12,949 nucleotides of DNA. It comes from Octopus sinensis. Lineage: Eukaryota. The position numbers and the translations under genes are program-made. Below, piece by piece: positions 7,554 to 12,949 of the stretch (position 1 is the first letter of the stretch; every line of letters starts with the position of its first letter). The notes beneath the pieces were generated by a model that was not told the origin of the DNA, ran no database searches, and saw nothing but the letters and a program-made list of their open reading frames with translations. Where the stretch lies: the NCBI RefSeq assembly GCF_006345805.1, contig NW_021826366.1, positions 1 to 12,949 on the forward strand. The letters run 5' to 3'.

Positions 7554-7592
<39 letters not shown>
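7405..7592. repeat. Compound (TA)n, (CA)n, (GATA)n, (GT)n microsatellites
   Basis: Read directly from the sequence. Confidence 0.9.
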
Positions 7593-7594
<2 letters not shown>

Positions 7595-7811
7595 AGTATA
7601 TATATTTCTGTAATTATATTATTTAATCTTTATATTATTAATTTTATTTTAATGTTCTCTCTAGTTTTATACAAATTTGTATATCCTTAATGTTGATATA
7701 TTTCTGTTTTATATTTTCCTTTTACCCTTATACTTTGATTCCTTATATACTTTTCTACTCCCTTTATATATGCTTCACATATCCTTATACATATATCATA
7801 TATTAATATAT

Positions 7812-7913
7812 CTATTTCTTTACTACCCACAAGGGGCTAAACACAGAGAGGAAAGACAAACGGATAAAGTCGATTATATCGACCCCAGTGCGTAACTGGT
7901 ACTTATTTAATCG
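7812..7913 (-). mobile_element. SINE family B, 3' fragment
   Basis: Reverse complement of about 8030-8139. Confidence 0.9.
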
Positions 7914-8142
7914 GGGAGCTGGCAGAAACGTTAACACACCGGGCGAAATGCTTTGTGGTATTTCGTCTACCGCTACGTTCTGAGTTCAAATTCCGCCGAG
8001 GTCGACTTTGCCTTTCATCCTTTCGGGGTCGATAAAATAAGTATCAGATACGCACTGGGGTCGATATAATCGACTTAATCCGTTTGTCTGTCCTTGTTTT
8101 TCCTCTGTGTTTAGCCCCTTGTGGGTAGTAAAGAAATAGGTA
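7914..8142 (+). mobile_element. SINE family B monomer
   Basis: gagctggcagaaacgtt...GAGTTCAAATTCC (B-box-like)...gcctttcatcctttcggggtcgataaaataagta...gtgggtagtaaagaaataggta. Confidence 0.9.
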
Positions 8143-8450
8143 CTTATTTAATCGACTCCGAAAAGATGAAAGGCAAAGTCGACCTCGGCGGAATTTGAAC
8201 TCAGAACGGAACGGCAGACGAAATACCTATTTCTTTATTACCCCAAGGGCCTAAACACGAGGGGGACAAACAAGGACAGACATAGGTATTAAGTCGATTA
8301 CATCGACCCCAGTGCGTAACTGGTACTTAATTTATCGACCCCGAAAGGATGAAAGGCAAAGTCGACCTCGGCTGAATTTGAACTCACAACGTAACGCAGA
8401 CGAAATACCGCTAAGCATTTCACTCGGCGTGCAAATGTTTCTGCCAGCTC
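8139..8450 (-). mobile_element. SINE family B tandem: full unit 8450-8227 plus partial second unit 8226-8139
   Basis: On the minus strand the first unit ends aaagaaatag and restarts at gtatttcgtctgccg. Confidence 0.9.
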
Positions 8451-8719
8451 ATATCCTCTATATATGTATATCGTATATTTCCATATGAGGTGCTCTACAG
8501 AAGTTTTGAGACTTGTACCATTTGTCAGTAGGTTTGATTTTTATAATGCCGTCACATTATCCAGTGTAGATACAGGCCAACTCTGTCATGTCTTGATTTG
8601 TACTCTACAAGTGCTCTTGGGCAGCCAAGATAAAGCCGTCACACTCTGCCTTTAGCCCTTAGCCCCATAGCCATTGATGGGGCTTCTGGTCTACATCAGC
8701 TTGTTTGCTACGAGCCACA

Positions 8720-8789
<70 letters not shown>
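8720..8789. repeat. (TAT)n array
   Basis: Read directly from the sequence. Confidence 0.95.
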
Positions 8790-8790
<1 letters not shown>

Positions 8791-8900
8791 TCAGTCGTCT
8801 TATTTTTATCGCGTGTGCCTTGCGAATGAGCTGTGGTTGTTTGTGGTGCTCTTATTTTCACTGCGTTAAAAGTGCTTTACATAGGACGTGTGGGGTGACT
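8790..8900 (-). mobile_element. Short 3' fragment of an R4/Dong-like element related to 3814-4208
   Basis: The minus strand encodes VTPHVLCKALLTQ* (compare GTAHILRRT.SIQ*). The UTR gagcaccacaaacaaccacagc...aaggcacac...actgaat(aat)n aligns with gagcatcacaacaaatcacagc...aaggcacac...actgaat(aat)n of the first copy. Confidence 0.7.
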
Positions 8901-9088
8901 GGTGGTGTTATAGGGGAGGCAGTATTAACTGTCCTACATTATTTTTTTAAATTTTAGTATGACATTACTGTACATTTAATAAACCGAACTCACAAATTTT
9001 CTTATTTCAGATTGAGGGAGACGGCCTTTAACTGCTCTTTGAATGCATCCTGTTAAACACTGCTTGTCACTGTTGACTACCTTGCAGA

Positions 9089-10662
9089 ATGCAGTCAGAC
9101 TGTGAAGACAATATGGAAACTCGCTATGAGATAGTTTTGTGTTAAACTGAGTAAAAATGCTGCCTAATCTTATGAAACGTTCCGGACTGCTTATACATTA
9201 ACTTGCAAGGGTGGCGAGCTGGCAGAAACGTTAGCACGCTGGGCTAAATGCCTAGCGGTATATCGTCTGCCGTTACGTTCTGAGTTCAAATTCCGCCGAG
9301 GTCGACTTTGCCTTTCATCATTTCGGGGTCGATAAATTAAGTACCACTTACACACTGGGGTCGATATAATCGACTAATCCCTTCGTCTGTCCTTGTTTGT
9401 TCCCTCTATGTTTAACCCCTTGTGGGCAATAAAGAAATGAGAAACGTTAGCACGTCGGGCGAAATGCTTAGTGGTATATCGTCTGCCGTTACGTTCTGAG
9501 TTCAAATTCTGACGAGGTCGACTTTGCTTCCATCCTTTCGGGGTCGATTAAATAAGCACCAGTTACGCACTGGGGTCGATATAATCGACTTAATCCCTTT
9601 GTCTGTCCTTGTTTGTCCCCTCTGTGTAGCCCCTTGTGGGCAATAAAGAAATAAGAAACGTTAGCACGCCGGGCGAAATGCATAGCGATATTTCTTCTGT
9701 TGTTGTTGTGTTGTTGGTAGGGCGGTATTTGAAGAATCTCTAAGGCGGCGAGCAGGCAGAAACGTTAGCACGCAGGGTGAAATGCGTAGCCGTATTTTGT
9801 CTGCCGTTACGTTCTGAGTTCAAATTCCGCCGAGGTCGACTTTGCCTTTCATCCTTTCAGGGTCGATAAATTAAGTACCAGTTGCACACTGGGGTCGATA
9901 CAATCGACTTAATCCGTTTGTATGTCCTCTCTGTGTTTAGCCCCTTGTGGGTAGTAAAGGAATAGGTATTTCGTCTGCTGTTACGTTCCTAGTTCAAATT
10001 CCGCCGAGGTCGACTTTGCTTTCATCCTTTCGGGGCCGATTAAATAAGTACCGGTCACGCACTGTGGTCGATGTAATCGACTTAATGCCTTTGTTTGTCC
10101 CCTCTGTGTTTCGCCCCCTGTGGGCAATAAAGAAATATATACATTAACCTGCATGAGCGGATCTGTTGCTTTTCGCCGACTCAAGAGGCCAATCAAAGTA
10201 AGTCCACCGGGAAGCTCATAATGATCTCTTTATCCGACAGCAGGGTCATCATCTCTATCCATTGATTTCCCTCTGGTCAGCCGGTCAACACAGAGTACTT
10301 TATAGATTTTTGGTGAGGGAGTTCAGGAAGAGATATCGTCGCAAAAGACTAAAGCATTTGGCCCAGGACAATGCACTAGTCCACAGTTCCATCATGGCAA
10401 CCACCTTCTTGACGGAGATGAGCACCAAAACTCTCCGTTACCCTCCATACAGTCGAGACCATGCTTCCTATGGCTTTTATTGTACCCCAAACAGAAAGAG
10501 AACTTCGGGGCCAATCTTTTTGAAAATACTTAGATGAAGGAGGCTGTACAAAGAGTCCTGGACACCTTCATTTTGTAGGACTTCCATGGAGCCTTCACGA
10601 AATGGCTGGAGCTCTGCAACAAATACATCATAGTTAGAGGAGCCTCCTTCGAAAGAGATTAG
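9089..10662 (+). pseudogene. Mariner transposase pseudogene, split by a SINE array, with an internal deletion, stops and frameshifts
   Basis: N-terminus MQSDCEDNMETRYEI.FCVKLSKNAA*SYETFRTAYTLTC continues as MSGSVAFRRLKR after the SINE insertion. C-terminus: KSTGKLIMISLSDSRVII...VREFRKRYRRKRLKHLAQDNALVH...YPPYSRDHASYGF...DFHGAFTKWLELCNKYIIVRGASFERD*. QDNA and PPYSPDLAP-like motifs are present, the third catalytic D appears as G, and the central region is deleted near 10188. Confidence 0.9.
9208..10137 (+). mobile_element. SINE family B multimer: units at 9208, 9439, 9653 (partial), 9742 and 9966, within one 16-bp TSD
   Basis: TSD tatacattaac(t/c)tgca at 9192-9207 and 10138-10153. Removing the insert restores the mariner reading frame. 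Confidence 0.92.
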
Positions 10663-10887
10663 GGTTTTGTACTTCGAATTAATATCTCTCTTTAAAAAAG
10701 TCTCAAAACCTTTGGCATGCACCTTGTATACTTCTTCTAATGTATATACTCTGAATTTCTTATTTACTTTAACCCAGCGGTGATTTCCGGTCAGGGGGAA
10801 AGTTGGCCTGCATTCCTATCGCCTAACCAGCGATGTGGCATCATTCGAAAGTTACAACTAAAGAGAGTAGCACAAGAGCGACTTAAC

Positions 10888-10897
10888 TCTATCTATC

Positions 10898-10960
<63 letters not shown>

Positions 10961-11020
10961 GCCTGTCTGTCTATCAATCTATCTATCTATCTACCTACTT
11001 ATCTATCTATCTACCTATCT
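10888..11020. repeat. (CTAT)n microsatellite, degenerating rightwards
   Basis: Read directly from the sequence. Confidence 0.95.
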
Positions 11021-12480
11021 ATCATCAAAATAAGCAACAAGGATATCCAGAGGTAATGCAGCACGATTGTTTCATGCGACTCCATTTAATTGAACAATGC
11101 AAACATTACATCATTTTAAAATGTAGAGCAATCTTCAGCTACATAAATATATATATATATATATCTTCTCCAATATTAGTTCATTCTAATCTACTTCTCA
11201 TCAATCGTCCTCACATCTTTCTCATAATTATACAGACATCTCTCTCTCTCTCTCTCTAAACCACACCCTGATACAGTATTTTATTTGTAATTAACTATTT
11301 ATGCATAAATAATATCTAGCTATTAATCCTAATTTTTACCTTTTACTAAAGCTAACTATCGCCAACACCCAACTCTATTAACATCTAACATTCAACTCAA
11401 GCCTAATCAGTGTTCCAAATTACACACGTTTATGTAATGGAAGCACACGCATAAATCAAAAGTAATTTCATTGCTCGTATTATGCTCGTATTAAAATACA
11501 TCTCTCAAACCCACATCACAAATCCAACATTTACTTAAATACCTTTTCCCTCTATGTTCGCTTATTTACGGAGAATATAACAGTTATAACTTAAACTACA
11601 CCTACTGTTTGTAGTAGACTCTCTGACATATGAACGTACGAGTTAACACAACGCCATTTTTAATAGACGGTTGTGGCGGTATTGTTTGAACACAACTGCT
11701 TACAACCACAACCCTACAGTTAGTATTTATCTTCTTTAACTTTGAGTAAATTATAGATAATCACAATCCTTTCCCAAAACATAAATTTCTTCCTGGTCGC
11801 ACATCATAGTTCCTCACATATATACACACACTTTAAACATATACACGCATGCCTATCATTATCACCGTTATTTCATCATAGCAACACGGAATTTCTTTTT
11901 AAATACATGTCATAGTTATCCATCCCTACCTGATTCTTTATGATTTATTACTTTTAATGCACCTGGTTATTATACATTATTAGACATTATCCTTTATCTG
12001 GTTGCCATTACCATTTATACTATTATTTCACTTCTGCCTCTGCATAGCTTCCTTTATAACGCATTTAACATGGTTTATGAGGCAATTCATCATTTTCAAA
12101 GCCTTAAATAGCTTAGAACAATTTATGAAACTTAAACAATTAACGATATTTTCCTGATTTCAACTCCTTCACAACCATAACATTTCTGAAAATTAGGGAA
12201 TAAAGAAAAATAAAAAAAACTTCCTCATTTAAATACATAACAAGAAAGCTCTGGATTACATAAAGTTCCATAATTTATTTCATAGCAACGCAAAATCATA
12301 GATTAATAGATTTAGTTTTCTTTGATTTAATCACCACTGTTGAATTAATAAAAAGAAAAATATGTCTACTTTCATAACCATATTAAATACTTTGAATTCA
12401 CTGACGCAACATCTACTTCATATATATATACTTATGTGTATGTGTATGTGTCTGTATATATATATATATATATATGCATA

Positions 12481-12640
12481 TATAGGTACAGGACGTTACC
12501 AACAGCAAACAACTTGAAATACGAAAACAAATGAGTTAAATACGCTAACAACGAGTGAAAAATATGGAAAACAGGACAAGTAATACAAAGAACGACCCTT
12601 CATCAGTTGTCGGCTGTCTATCTATTCCTCATTTCGGTCG
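12481..12640 (-). mobile_element. Unclassified small element Y next to (TA)n, truncated by a SINE; carries GAAA and CUGAUGA strands
   Basis: Minus strand: CGACC-GAAA-(25 nt)-CUGAUGA-ag-GGUCG. The composition and layout resemble element X. Confidence 0.4.
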
Positions 12641-12812
12641 TATGTATACAATGGACTTCTTTCAGTTTCCGTCTACCAAATCCACTCACAAGGCTTTGGT
12701 TGGCACGAGGTTATACTAGAAGACACTTGAACAAAGTACCACGCAGTGAGCCTGAACCCGGGACCATGAGGTTAGGAAGCAAGCTTCTTACCACACAGCC
12801 ACACCTTTGCCT
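12641..12812 (-). mobile_element. SINE family A, 5' (tRNA-like) half
   Basis: Collinear with 785-951, and more diverged. Confidence 0.88.
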
Positions 12813-12949
12813 ATGAATGCACAGTGTCAAAAGCAGTGCTGTGTCATAACTTTCCTGAAAAATTCTCTGCACTCGTAGGTGAAACTCCGAGTAGCAAGCG
12901 ACCAAACGCAATTTTTGATATATATGTGGGTGCGTATATAACGGTTTCA

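Larger units (their letters stand above)
8484..10728 (+). mobile_element. Mariner DNA transposon relic with both TIRs and TA flanks, containing nested insertions
   Basis: Left TA-tgaggtgctctacagaagttttgagactt (8484-8514) matches the reverse complement of the right end ending at TA 10727-10728 at 23/31 positions. Transposase remnants lie between the TIRs. Confidence 0.85.

Noticed and set aside
392-7555. Many ORFs rich in YI, HT, CV or LSIY repeats in the ORF track
   Set aside because: They are translations of TA, CA, TG and GATA microsatellites, which lack stops in some frames.
7700-7810. Degenerate ccttatata repeats with a period of about 22 bp
   Set aside because: They are irregular, low-complexity sequence without a definable unit.
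8651-8672. ttagccc ttagccc catagcc as a telomere-like repeat
   Set aside because: There are only 2-3 imperfect units, and the unit is not TTAGGG/CCCTAA.
9208-10137. Regularly repeated units that might suggest a CRISPR array or satellite
   Set aside because: The units are about 170-230 bp SINE monomers with Pol III boxes, there are no unique spacers of regular length, and the context is eukaryotic.
11257-11600. Possible nuclear mitochondrial insertion, suggested by the G-poor composition
   Set aside because: I recognised no mitochondrial protein, rRNA or tRNA motif, and the frames I checked contain TAA stops. BLASTN against a mitogenome would settle it.

Overview
AT-rich, repeat-dense eukaryotic non-coding DNA with no intact protein-coding gene. 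The repeat repertoire and microsatellite style look like an Octopus (cephalopod) genome; this is inferred from familiarity, not from a search. Decayed autonomous elements: a Penelope-like (PLE) reverse transcriptase fragment (1-194, minus); R4/Dong-type non-LTR 3' fragments next to (TAA)n arrays (3814-4208, 8790-8900, probably 5293-5492); and a TIR-to-TIR mariner relic (8484-10728) with nested insertions. Three tRNA-derived SINE families are present, labelled here A, B and C. Family B forms tandem multimers and inverted clusters, and there is one B/A chimera. The most notable signal is a set of small (TA)n-associated elements carrying hammerhead ribozyme core motifs. One (1130-1195, minus) has all core strands and three stems, but in a non-standard, pseudoknot-like strand order. 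Nearly all ORFs in the supplied track are microsatellite or SINE artefacts.
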